A stretch of 64,000 nt of DNA from Chrysomallon squamiferum (Eukaryota > Animalia > Mollusca): contig CM022672.1 in the NCBI GenBank assembly GCA_012295275.1, positions 35,092,001-35,156,000 of the forward strand, read 5' to 3'. Each line of letters opens with the position of its first letter. Position 1 is the stretch's first letter. The notes under the pieces were generated by a model that ran no database searches, had not been told where the DNA came from, and was given only the letters and a program-made list of their open reading frames with translations. A program made the translations under genes and the position numbers. This document shows positions 11,567 to 24,400 of this stretch, piece after piece.

Positions 11567-13843
11567 CTGAAAAACGTACAACTCGTTCAACCTACATCAA
11601 ATAATTAGATTAATTGAGGATTATCAAAATGGCGGTTTAGGAGCATTACAGATATCGTGGATTAAAGTATTTAATGAACCAAGACATTGCATCTCTTTTT
11701 GGTAATGGTTCACTAATATTAGTTTCGGGATCAGCCTACAATACAGAAAAATCGCTGATATGGACAAATCCGTTCTGGAAAAATGCATTACATACATGAT
11801 CTAACTTTCTATAAGAGTCAAAACAAAACTATGTCTTCAGGTGTAATTCTGAACTGAAAATTAATAATGAGCGTCTGTAATATGAGATGGTCAAATAAAG
11901 GAACTTTATTTTATCTATTTGGAACTGTGAGCTAGCATTCATATACGGCACCTCGTAAAAGAAAAAAAAATATATATATATATTTATAATTTACAGTTTT
12001 CAGTGGCAATAAACGTAATTAAAACAAAAATTATAAATTGTCTTTACCTGCTGACCAAGTAACATTAGAAATGTGAGGAATTCAATACTGTCAAATGTTT
12101 GTAAACAATTCAACAATGATTGCACAATAGAATAAATTTGAATTTTGTTATATGTTTAGTGAAGATTTAATGCACATTTGTTTGGTTATGTAATCGTTAT
12201 GGAACAATGTTGTAAAGTGGATATTTTTTAGAACAAAAGTGAGACTTCAAAGAAATGCATAAACAATAATTTTAGGCAACATAAATGTTTTTGAAAAAAA
12301 GATATAATAAACAAAATTAAAAAAAATTAATTAAATAATTAGATAATATAATCAGATTGATATTGTTAATTGCCAAGCTGTATGCCATGTTTGTATGTAT
12401 GTATGTGTGTGTGTGTTTGTGTATATATATATATATATTCATGCGATTTGCAAATAAAGTATTGTAATGTAATATTAATACACAGAAAGTGTATTTAATA
12501 TATCTGCAGTTTGTGAAAATACTAAATGATACTTAGAAATTAGAAGATGTATCAACTTCTCTCAGAAACCATTTTTATTTTTCTGCATTGCCTAAGCATA
12601 ATTTCTCATATTGACTGTGGAATCTAATTGCTATTCATACCTTTCACAGAATTATTGCCAATCAAGACAAAGAGCAACAGGACTTCAAAGAACATTATCT
12701 GTAAAATAATTAAAGAATTACAAATTTATTTTTTAAAGATTAAATAAAATTATATATGTATATAAACAGAAGCAAATATGTACGTGTTTTGTTTTGTGAA
12801 ACAAAGATCCCCAAAGAGCACTAGCCAAATAACAAAATGACACCAAGGTAGCTCAAATATATTAATAAATAATCTCTGAGTTTTAGCAATGATAGAATGG
12901 CAATCAAGTCCTGTATTTCCTTTAGTTTTCAAGATAATGAAATGAAAATTTCAAAGTAATTATATTCAGGTATCAGCTAGACAGAATATAATTTAGAATA
13001 ATCAGATCAATAGTGTATAAAAAATGGAACAGTAACAACCAGTTGCTTTGTAAATAAGGACATCGTTCAGTGACGTCATTTAGATGACGTAACTTAGATT
13101 TGAGACAGACAATGTGGATCGGCAAAAAAGTGTCTTCTTGCAAATCGTTAATAAATGGCAAACAAGAAGATAATGGCCTGTAAGCTAACAACATATATTA
13201 TCTAAAATGGTATTATTGTCTTCTTATTAAGTTCCACACAATTTTATGAAAATGTTAGGTTTAATTGTTTCGGAATGAACAGATGTTTTCATTGATTTTC
13301 ATTCGGCATGACGACAGTAACTCAGTTTGCAAATTTAAAACCAACCTTCGGGATTATAGAATTTAATGAAATTTTGTCACATTCTGGTTGAAATGTTAGT
13401 GTAATAAATATATTTAATTTTGGAGGAAAACAATAAATTGATCTATGTATTCTGATCGGTTGAACTTGAGGAAAATTTCATTCTGTAAGGAATCAATTGA
13501 AATTTTTAATTGTGTTTTTTTAATGCTCGTTTTAGGCAGACGATTAATAATTTAATAAGAAAACATAGGTAAATATTTGCTCCGAATCGTCTAAAAATCT
13601 GCATTTCGGGGATAGTCCTTTGCACACTCGGTACACACCTACTATCTGAAAAATTGACGTCACCCAAATTCTGCTTTCTGATATATGTACATGACGATGT
13701 GTCATATTATTTTTAGTACGCAGAATTGTTTAGAACTATTGCAGTGAAATATTATGGCTCACTCTCCTCCCATGTTTGTTATGTCCTTCTTTGTTCTAAA
13801 TATTAGAGAAAACAACACAAAATAGATAAATTTAATCACTTAC

Positions 13844-13918
13844 GGAAACAGGTAAGCTACACTACACCAACTTCAGTCTTCGTTGGTATTTTCCACCGAT
13901 TCAGAATATGGCATTCAT
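13844..13918 (-). other. Candidate first (5') exon of unit A gene
   Basis: Strong donor CC|GTAAGTG at 13844/13843; conserved in unit C (~42232-42307) and absent from unit B. Coding status unclear. Confidence 0.3.
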
Positions 13919-14113
13919 GCAACTGTCGTAAACTGAAAGTATTTTGGTGTATTTAAAGCAAGTAATCTCTATTATATGGAATGTACTCCATACCGCAGAA
14001 TTTCAGTCTAACTGGTCTGTAGTCTAGTTAGTGCGTGTACCCTACTTCTAAATTTACTACTTCTAATAATAATAATAATAGTAGTAGTACTAGTAGTAGT
14101 AGTGGTATTAGTA

Positions 14114-14173
<60 letters not shown>

Positions 14174-14204
14174 GTAATAATAATAATAATAAAAATAATA
14201 ATAA

Positions 14205-15450
14205 TAAATGAAATAAAAAGTATATTAAATCTAATCAAGGTAGTTTTGAATTTAGCTTAAATTAGAAATATCTAGTGATGCCTGTATCCATCTTAATTCT
14301 TAATTTTATTATTATTTTCTTATTAATTATCATCCTCTACAATTTGGGTTGTGTTTCGACTTTATTATTATTATTATTATTATTATTGGGTTTTTTTTTT
14401 TTTTTTTTTTTTAGTGCTTTGTTAGAATCTTTTTTTCGCAACAGGGAAATTTAGCAAACAACTGTCATTTCAACTGAAATAACTGAATAATAAAACATAA
14501 CAGTACATTTCCACCTCTCACTCTCTCTCTCTCTAAGCTTATTATTAAAATAACAAAAGTAATCATAAGCAAATAAGAACCTTTTAATAACGTTTTCAAA
14601 ACGAATACAAAGAAGTAAAATGTAAAAGAAAAAAATTAACATCAAACACAGAAAACAGTCGATTAAAATAACAGGAACATTTTCAAGAAGTAGGTAGCAT
14701 TACACTTGATATGAATTATCATTAAAATGTGTACATGGACCGTGTATATTAAAACATTTCACCCTTAACAAAGAGTTTCAACAATTTTATAATGTTATGG
14801 ACTATTCAAAAGTTACATAATTGAAATAACATTTTCAAAACAGCATGTTCTATTAAGCATATTGCCATTCAAACTCAGAAAACATTCAGTTAAAATAATA
14901 AAAAGAAAGAGAAAAAAGAGGTAATATCGTAGTTGAAATGTGAAGCTATTTACATCTGAACATTAAGAATTACATTAACAATGAATTTCAGTAATTTTAC
15001 AAATAACTAAACACGTTAAAACACTAATAATTAATAAAAGTTGTAAAACATATTTAATCTCAACTGTCCATGCTAGAAAACGTTTGTTAAGTTAAAAGTT
15101 TTTTCTTTAAAAATACTTCTTATCTGAGATTCTGTGAAGTGTACTGAAAACTTACCAGCATTCTAACTTACCAGTTACTTCTGATTTATCATTCTAACCA
15201 GTATTTTACAGATATATATTAATTCACCTTTTGCTTACAAGCGGCAAACAGAACATTAATAATTATTATGTTAACTATTACTGCCAGAAAAATTACCTTC
15301 TATCCAATTTTTTTAAAAATAACTTTCACAAAATATTATCACATTGGAATCTGATACTAAAGAAAATAAATATTTACTTAATAATTAAATTCTAGAAAGT
15401 TATATATAAACCACATTTCATTATAAGTTTAACAAAAGAAACGAAATATA
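14205..15450. repeat. Truncated tandem copy of the left 1.3 kb of the duplication unit
   Basis: Collinear with 5990-7325; ends in a (TTA)n microsatellite. Confidence 0.9.
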
Positions 15451-15475
15451 CTACTACTACCACTACTACTACTAA

Positions 15476-15548
<73 letters not shown>

Positions 15549-15914
15549 TACAGGCGCTCATGGGAAAAATGCCAATTTATTGCTGGTAAAGAGTTCAGAT
15601 ATGGCGGAAATGAAGGTCTGTGTCCAACGAAAGAAAAAAGAAAAAATTGGAAAATCCTCACAGTCTCTTGAACACCGTCACGAACTGAAGTATAAGCTGA
15701 AACTACAGAAATACTTTGAAGAACTTTCAAATAGTTCAAGACTGGATGTGAGAGTAAAATCAGAAATCTTACGATCACATTGGTGATATCAGTTGTACCA
15801 CAAGCCGAAACGAGATTTCAAATAGACAGTTGCAGTGATATATTTTTATTTGTTGTTGTTGTTCTTTTTTTTTTTCATTAAAATGTTCTGTGTTCACTTG
15901 TAGTCTTATTATCT

Positions 15915-16010
15915 TCAGTATTTTTTACGACGTCAACAGCGGAAATGTGACCATAAAATGTGTACAATAATAATGAAAACTGCAACAATGCAACTGCTGA
16001 TGACGTTAAG
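15915..16010 (-). pseudogene. Possible decayed transmembrane exon of family-3 gene
   Basis: After TAG acceptor: LNVISSCIVAVFIIIVHILWSHFRC*RRKKY*, a hydrophobic run followed by a basic cluster with an internal TGA. Confidence 0.3.
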
Positions 16011-16024
16011 CTAACCACGGCGAC

Positions 16025-16073
<49 letters not shown>

Positions 16074-16352
16074 TAATAATAATAATAATAATAATAATTA
16101 TAATAATAATTATAAGTATGCCAGATTCCAAGTACATTAGTGCGGCAAATTCTATACAAAACCCTGCTTAATATTTAATATTTAATGTATTGGAATAAAA
16201 TTGCCCGTCCCTGCAAAGTTAATTTTTTATGTGAAAGTAAAATCAGTAGATTCTATGATTAGGGAATGAACTTCGTTTCATTTTGATCTCAACAACAACA
16301 AAAATATTTATTTAGTTTCTAATATTGATGTTATTATTATTATTTATTTATT

Positions 16353-16488
<136 letters not shown>

Positions 16489-16939
16489 TAATTGAGTAAT
16501 AACGACAATGAAAAGATTTTAATTCTTCACTACAGAATGTGTCGTCTGCCTTTCAGTCAGCCGCAGATCGTGAAATTAAAACATTTGACCAGCCTCGAAC
16601 TGGATTACTTGTCTCATGACGTATTTACTGGTGACACAGCTTAAATAATAGCCCGCCTTAATAAATAAATAAATAATAAACATTCATCCGTGAAATATAA
16701 CTGATAAAGGAAAAAAGAAAACTGAATTAGGTTTTTCTGTAATAACGTAATATTAATTAAAAGTGACAAGATCAAGTCTAGCGTTAGACTTTTCATACAA
16801 AGCTTAGAACGTTTATGGTTAATGTTAGGAAAAGCTTTTATTTAAAACATCTAGTTGTTAAAATTTATGATGAGTGTTAGAACAAAACTGTTAACGGTGT
16901 TATTGTGCGAGTTGGTTTTTTCCCTGTTGTCATTATTAC

Positions 16940-17009
<70 letters not shown>

Positions 17010-17354
17010 TCAATTGATATTGCTGTCGTTGGCGTCTTGTAGTGACTGCTGTCTCACTGTTATTTCTAACTGGGATTTCTAACCTGCAGTGTTTTCTCTT
17101 TCTAATGATATTACTAAGACGTGTCAGTGTGCTACGGGTATGAAGAGACTTTATTTTTATGCATGGTCTATTTAAAGAGGGAAGAAGAAAATATTTAGTT
17201 TTCTCTTTGATATATTAAACGTCAATCAGAAACAGATAAGAATACAATCAAAATGGACCTACATTCGCCATAATATTACAGATTATTCAAAACTCTGGTT
17301 AACTGATTTTAGTGTTTATTTAATTATAATCAATTAAATAATAATAATTTTTGC

Positions 17355-17562
17355 CTGGGAAATTTATTACAAGTGGACCATCAAGAAGTGAAATGTGAGA
17401 AATTGAAACATTAAATGTCAAAAGCATTCCAGAAAAACTAGCTGGGACTATAGTAAGTTGTAAAGAGCAGGTTGTCTGAATCTCTCCAGATGAACACGGT
17501 GATGCATTAGTGTGAACTTCACTTTCCTCTGTAGGCATAGTCTGTTGTAACCCATCAGAAAG
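17355..17562 (-). CDS. Exon resembling the second half of an Ig-like domain, downstream of family-3 V exons
   Basis: TGTTTTGTAG acceptor; open LSDGLQQTMPTEESEVHTNASPCSSGEIQTTCSLQLTIVPASFSGMLLTFNVSISHISLLDGPLVINFP. Only a weak GC-type donor (G|GCAAAA); starts in phase 0, so a linking exon is missing. Confidence 0.5.
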
Positions 17563-18074
17563 CTACAAAACACACACAGTGTATGTCTACATTAAAAAAA
17601 ATAATAACAATTAAAACAAAAAATTAAAAATAGGGGAAAAAAAGAAGAAAAAAAAAGAAAGAAAAAAGAAAAGGAAAAATAACATCAAATGTTTTTTATT
17701 TTCATTTATTATTATTATTATTATTGAAAATGCATTGCTAATAATTTCGAAAATTGTGAATAAATTTTAATGTGACTGTTAGAAAATAATTAGCAAAATG
17801 TACTTTATATATTTCCAATGTTTTTGTTCTTTAAAGACTTTGCCATGAAATTTTAATTAATAAAAAAGTATAGCAAGAAGAAAGCTACTGTCTTTTTTCT
17901 TCTAGCATTGCCAGATAACATACACCTGCAGTCTTCTCTGTGTGTGATGATGTCAGGACAAAACGGAGAAAACATCAACATTCAAATGTTTTGTAACAGT
18001 ATTATTTTTTCTGCTGTAACATATTACGTAAATGATAACAGAAACTTTGAGAGACAAACCTTGACTAGGCTGAC

Positions 18075-18392
18075 CTTCTCTAGCATTCAGTCTGCCAGCA
18101 ATCGTTTCAGCAGCTGAATCGGTACATGTCCAAATTCCCTCATCGTCTGTAGGATTAAAGCTGTGAACAGATAGTGTGTACGTGTTACTGGTGGACGCAA
18201 CAACTGAATATCCTGTGATCTCTATGTCGCAGTCGTTGATGTCAAATGAGTTACCACACTGGACAACAGTGAATCCTTGAGGACGAATGAACTGTAGAGC
18301 ACCTTCAACTGAGCCACTGATTACCTCACAGGTGATGTTGAAAGGAAGTGTTCTGAAAGCCTTGCCGGCTGTAACTCTCATTTGTGTTACAA
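18075..18392 (-). CDS. Family-3 V-type Ig exon, copy 3
   Basis: 318 nt, polyT-GAATCGCAG acceptor, putative G|GTCAGC donor, open: VTQMRVTAGKAFRTLPFNITCEVISGSVEGALQFIRPQGFTVVQCGNSFDINDCDIEITGYSVV...YTLSVHSFNPTDDEGIWTCTDS. Confidence 0.8.
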
Positions 18393-19342
18393 CTGCGATT
18401 CAAAAAAAAAAATACAAAAAAAAACAAAAAAAAAAAACAAAAAAATAATAATAATAATAATAGTAAAAAATAAAAATTTAAATTAAAATTTAAAATTTCT
18501 TTTGTTGTAAATAAAATATTTTAAAACAAGAAATACTGCCGCTGTACGTACTGCTGTCTTTTTGTTAAGTTTAAGAAGGTTTCATTTGTCACCAGTCTGC
18601 TCACATATAAAATAAATATTTAACAAACCCAATAGTCTTCGCAAAACTTTCGAAAGTTTGTAAAGTGGAGTGTATCTTAATAAATCAATTCAGAAATACT
18701 GTGTCATGTATTTATCACGTAAGTGATTTTATTCAGACTTAATTTTCATTATTATTTGATTAATTTATTGTTCTTACACTTTCCATAGAAACTGACTTAT
18801 TTACTTATTAAGAAAGCAAATCCTAGTTATAGAAGTAATGGTCATAAGGAATAACTACACCAAAATAAGCCCAAATTATTCAAAATTTAAATGGATTGAT
18901 GACAAACTAATTCTGTAGCGATATGAAAAAGTTATACATAATCTGCAAAATAAACTGTCCGAATCAATAAAAATTTGTTATAATAGTAATTAATATTCAA
19001 TAAAAATAATTGTTCTTCTTATTTTTAGGTTTTTCTTTCAGATTACCCGTTTCATTCTTTATATTATTATTTTTTTATTTTTTTTTTTTTTTCTAAATTT
19101 ATAATGTAAGACAAATCTGTAGAATAATACATAACATAATGAACGAATACTTGTCTTTTCTTTTTATAACTTTCATGAAACTTTTTATTTCTGACAAACG
19201 TCTGATAACTGAGTCTATTTAATATAGATGATTCCAGTTCAACAAGTTGTTGTCCAAATGACAGCAACAACTTTAATAATAATACAACTCACCTAAGGTT
19301 AAAAATATTGTTATTGTTTGTTTGTTTATTTATTTATTTATT

Positions 19343-19441
<99 letters not shown>

Positions 19442-20020
19442 GTTAAATATATATCTTTTTTATATTTGGTTAAATATATATTTTTTATATTTGGTTAAAC
19501 TTTTTAAAATAAAATTTGAATAGCAAAATCGGTTGTTGTGCGACATTTTTGGATGCAGGACACATAGTTAAATATTTTAACTTAATAAAACCATTTGAAA
19601 ATAGTATTAAAATTATTACTACCGTGAAAATGTATTGGTAATAATTTTCAAAATTGTGAGAAAAAAATGTTAATGTTACTGTTTGTTAGAAAATCACTCA
19701 TATGAAGAAAGTGGCAAAATGTGCTTTGTGTAATTCCCTTTTTTTTCTCTTTTTTTTAAGACTTGGCAATGAAATTTTAATTAATAAAAAAGTATAGCAA
19801 GAAGAAAGATACTTTTGAAAATCTATCTGAGTCCTGTCTTTTTTCTTCTAGCATTGCCAGATAACAAACACCTGCAGTCTTCTCTGTCTGTGATGATGTC
19901 AGCACAAAACGGAGAAAATATCAACATTCAAAAGTTTTGTAACAGTATTATTTATTCTACTGTAACATATTACGTAAATGATAACAGAAACTTTGAGAGA
20001 CAAACCTTGACTAAGCTGAC

Positions 20021-20338
20021 CTTCTCTAACATTCAGTCTGCCAGCAATCGTTTCAGCAGCTGAATCGGTACATGTCCAAATTCCCTCATCGTCTGTAGCA
20101 TTAAAGCTGTGAACAGATAGTGTGTACGTGTTACTGGTGGATGCAACAACTGAATATCCTGTGATCTCTATGTCGCAGTCGTTGATGTCAAATGAGTTAC
20201 CACACTGGACAACAGTGAGTAGTCGAGGACGGATGAACTGTAGAGCACCTTCAACTGAGCCACTGATTACCTCACAGGTGATGTTGAAAGGAAGTGTTCT
20301 GAAAGCCCTGCCGGCTGTAACTCTCATTTGTGTTACAA
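20021..20338 (-). CDS. Family-3 V-type Ig exon, copy 2
   Basis: 318 nt, same boundaries as copy 3; differs at AGRAF, IRPRLLTVVQC, FNATDD and LNVRE. Confidence 0.8.
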
Positions 20339-20346
20339 CTGCGATT

Positions 20347-20385
<39 letters not shown>

Positions 20386-20702
20386 ATAATAATAATTCGC
20401 AAAATGTACTTTATATATTTCCAATGTTTTTGTTCTTTAAAGACTTTGCCTTGAAATTTTAATTAATAAAACAGTATAGCAAGAAGAAAGCTACTTTGGA
20501 AAATCTATCTGAGTCCTGTCTTTTTTCTTCTAGCATTGCCAGATAACATACACCTGCAGTCTTCTCTGTGTGTGATGATGTCAGGACAAAACGGAGAAAA
20601 CATCAACATTCAAATGTTTTGTAACAGTATTATTTTTTCTGCTGTAACATATTACGTAAATGATAACAGAAACTTTGAGAGACAAACCTTGACTAGGCTG
20701 AC

Positions 20703-21020
20703 CTTCTCTAGCATTCAGTCTGCCAGCAATCGTTTCAGCAGCTGAATCGGTACATGTCCAAATTCCCTCATCGTCTGTAGGATTAAAGCTGTGAACAGAT
20801 AGTGTGTACGTGTTACTGGTGGATGCAACAACTGAATATCCTGTGATCTCTATGTCGCAGTCGTTGATGTCAAATGAGTTACCACACAGGACAGCAATGA
20901 GTCCTTGAGGACGGATGAACTGTAGAGCTCCTTCAACTGAGCCACTGATTACCTCACAGGTGATGTTGAAAGGAAGTGTTCTGAAAGCCTTGCCGGCTGT
21001 AACTCTCATTTGTGTTACAC
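20703..21020 (-). CDS. Family-3 V-type Ig exon, copy 1 (leader-proximal)
   Basis: 318 nt, TATATCATAG acceptor, open; loop reads IRPQGLIAVLC. Confidence 0.82.
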
Positions 21021-21334
21021 CTATGATATAAGTAAGTAACAAAATAATTAAATAAATTAATAAATAAATAAACAAACATTGAAATTTGTTTTATTGTTGT
21101 AATTAAAATATTTTAAAACAAGTCGTTGTATGTAACTGTGTTTGTTTCATTTCTGCCAAACACTCGATAACTGAGATCCTTTTATTGCAGATGATTCCTG
21201 TTCAACATTTTATTGTCCAAATAACAGCAACAACATTAATAATAATTGACCAGTTATTTTGAAAATAAAAAGAGTGATGAGTGAGTGAATTGTTTGATAC
21301 ATAAAATGTATTATTTCTAATTTAAACACGCTAC

Positions 21335-21401
21335 CTTCAGTTGATCCCAGTAAAACTGTAAGGATATCAACGAAGAAGATCCAATTTAATTGTAAAGCCA
21401 T
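21335..21401 (-). CDS. Signal-peptide exon of family-3 gene
   Basis: MALQLNWIFFVDILTVLLGSTE(G), donor G|GTAGCG phase 1; upstream acceptor GTTTCAG at 21414 implies a further 5' UTR exon. Confidence 0.75.
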
Positions 21402-24400
21402 TGAATATTAAATCTGAAACAAATAATAAAATAATAATAAATATAAACATGTTCAATAGATATTTATAATTAATTATTAATGGAATGCTGTAGCAATTTA
21501 AAAATATAACTTTCTCTACTTACATTCCATTTCTTTGTTCTAGGCAGATGATTCTATATCAGATAGCATATTTAATAGTATTGTTTCACGTTTTGCTATT
21601 ATTCTTTATGAATAATGGAAAAATATTAAATTCAACCTATATGGGGTCATGGAAAAGACAACATTTCTAAGTATAGCAAATGTGGTTAAATTTTGCCCTG
21701 GAACGAATTTAATTTCCAAGTGTTAGCAACAAAATATTTATTAATAGGACCCTGAAAGGTAACATTTTTTGTAATTTTAATTTTTTTAAACTTTTTTTGT
21801 TATTATTGACACAAGATTACCTTGTATTACAAAAAAACAAACAAAAAACACCCCCCAAAACAACAAGAACAACACGTATACAACAACAACAACAACAACA
21901 ATAATAATAATAAATTGACAACATATATTTCCCTTACCCAGTTTCATAACATATCAGAAAAACAAAAAGTGATTTGCAACGTAGAAACTCATAAGAGGAA
22001 CATTTTATTAAGTTTTAATGAGATTCCAAAAGTGCAACAAAAAACAAAAAAAGATCTACGAAAACATTTTAAATGACAAAGTTTTATGAAAGATTCTCCT
22101 GACTCTGCATTGCTCTAGCATTGTGAGAAAATAATTCTTGATCTCTGTACTAAACAACTGAAATGTCATCTGCTGCATTTTATCCACAGTCATAACACAG
22201 ACTTTGTGCTACACGTTTACACACTTCCAGTACGTTTTCTCTGCATTGTTTTGGTTTACGCAGAACTGTGCTTATGTGGTACAAATTCTTTCATCTTGTA
22301 ATGTGTCAATAAGACTATTTGAAGTTCTCATTTTAAATAGTAAATACGTTTAATGCAAAATCTTATACAGATTAAGCAGCAAAGAAGAATAAACATAGTC
22401 TAATATTAGTTAAGTGATTAAAAATATACTAAATTAAATTAAATTAAATTAAGAAAGAATCCACAGGCACCATCTCAGTTTTACTATTCACAGTTACCAA
22501 ACCACACTATTGTTGAAGAAACATGTGAACGAGTGTGAATTTAATGTCTTCAAGAATTTGTATAGTGTTATATACCAATATGACATCAAATGAAATTTAA
22601 TTTTCTACTATGAAACCAGTCTACATTTCATGTACATTGTAATCCTGAACAATGTGACATATGAGATCATACATAAGTCGTATAGAATGTTCTCCTGCTA
22701 TGAAGCAAAACCTTCACTCATAGAAAAAGTACTGATTTTGCGATTTCCTCCTTTTCTAAATTTTCCACCTTAAAATGTACTTAATTCTGAAGTATTAGCC
22801 GATAGCATGCACCATTTCTTACTTTGTTTAATGATTTTGTCATTATCTGTTGTGGTCAATTACACAGAGACTCAATGTTGCTTATGACTGAAACGAAATA
22901 AGATATTTGAAAGTTATGATTTACATTTTGCTATCTTTTTTTCTCTTCATTTAGCTAAATAAGAAAGTAGTAATAATTTTATCAGATTTTTTCAGTATCG
23001 ATACATGTAGCGTGTAGTGTCATGGTACTGCTCTGTGTGCTGAGTGACTTCAGTTTGATTCTTTCCTTGATGCTTTCTTTGCCGGGAGAAACAACAAAAG
23101 AGAATCTCTAGCAAACATTAGAACGAAGTGAATTACTGTTGTTCACTCATTCCTTACATCGACCACTGCTGCAGTGTGTAACTTCTAATTAGTCAACTCA
23201 TTCTGAAAAAGTTTGGGATGCATTTCCCGGCACAGATAGCAAACCCAAAGAAATGGCTGTTCAGCACTTCAGGGTTTTTCTGGCTGTGTAGAAGGACCTG
23301 GCTTGATACCTTCACATGAAACAATAGTATCACAAACGACAGCTCGCTGTTATCACTACAGTCCTGGTTTTCATGTTGGACAATAACAATTGCTGGAATC
23401 CCAAAATCAGAGACAGGTGATTTGTTACTTGTTTGCAGAACAGCAACTTTCTGTCCACACAGCGTCACAGTAGGACAGCAGAAGTTGACCCAACAAGCAC
23501 GTAAATATTTCTTTTAAAATGAATTACTCACAGTCAAAACTACTAACAGCATCAAAAAGTGCATGACATATAGCGTCATGTATAACGAGATCCACCTTGT
23601 TTGCAGTTTCGAACAAACGATGAGGAGCAAGCAACTGGAGTTGTGGAAATGACCATCAGTCTGCTCCTAGGTCAGTTCACATTTGAAAAGCCAGAAAGCA
23701 ATAGTCATGTACCCATAACAGCTGGACTACTGAATACCACATGAATCTCGCTGGCATTAGGTGGGTTTGTGAATGGGTAGACTGAACTGAAATAAAATAG
23801 TATTCTTCTTGGGGAAATATTGTAATCCAGAGATCCTTTCCTGGGCTTGCTGTAATGATGAGTGGTTCTGTTGATGTTCTGTCTGTTGAAACCTTAGATT
23901 CATGTGCATCAAACCTCGTATTTAATTGTGGAATTACATTTTCCATGCTCATATCTTTAATTGTAAGATTAGCATTACATTTTGGTAGGTTAAAAACTTG
24001 ATTTTGAAGGCAATCTCTCTCTTCAATTAAAAAATAGTTCTAAACACGTGTGTACAAATTTTCACACTGGAAAAAACATTCTCAGAATCTAAGGACCTTG
24101 TGATAATTCCATTCAGTGCTTTGAAGTTGCCTACATTTCACTGAAATACAAGTATAAGAAAAACGAATAAACTGTTTCTCAGTCATAGGTTATAATATGT
24201 GTTACCACTTTGAAAATACCCTCCTTCAGGCGATCATAAGTGTCTGAAAAAATAATGAAGTCATCCCGGAAAATCACTGCAAATCACTTGCTTTTATGGA
24301 AATTTAGAAGACATTTCTTAAGTACACTGAAATGTCACATAAAATAACAATACTCTGAAATAGTTTTGTTGTCGTGTTTGTTTTGAATCAATATCATTTA

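Larger units (their letters stand above)
5990..14057. repeat. Segmental duplication unit A (~8 kb; carries hAT relic and family-2 V exon)
   Basis: Collinear, high similarity to 26350-34160 and 34465-42423, readable throughout introns, TE relic and exon. Confidence 0.92.

Noticed and set aside
12973-13194. ORF recurring in all three amplicons (MPFINDLQEDTFLP...)
   Set aside because: Recurrence is explained by recent duplication; no domain or splice signals recognised.
15551-15786. Plus-strand exon-like ORF GAHGKNANLLLVKSSDMAEMK...
   Set aside because: No recognisable domain or partner exons; lies at an amplicon breakpoint. Left unassigned.
17575-17602. CACAGTG + 12 nt + A-rich run resembling a 12-RSS near the exon after the V array
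   Set aside because: The A-run is the intron's poly-T tract on the sense strand; no partner 23-RSS was seen at V-exon ends and no recombinase is in the window. Chance match likely.
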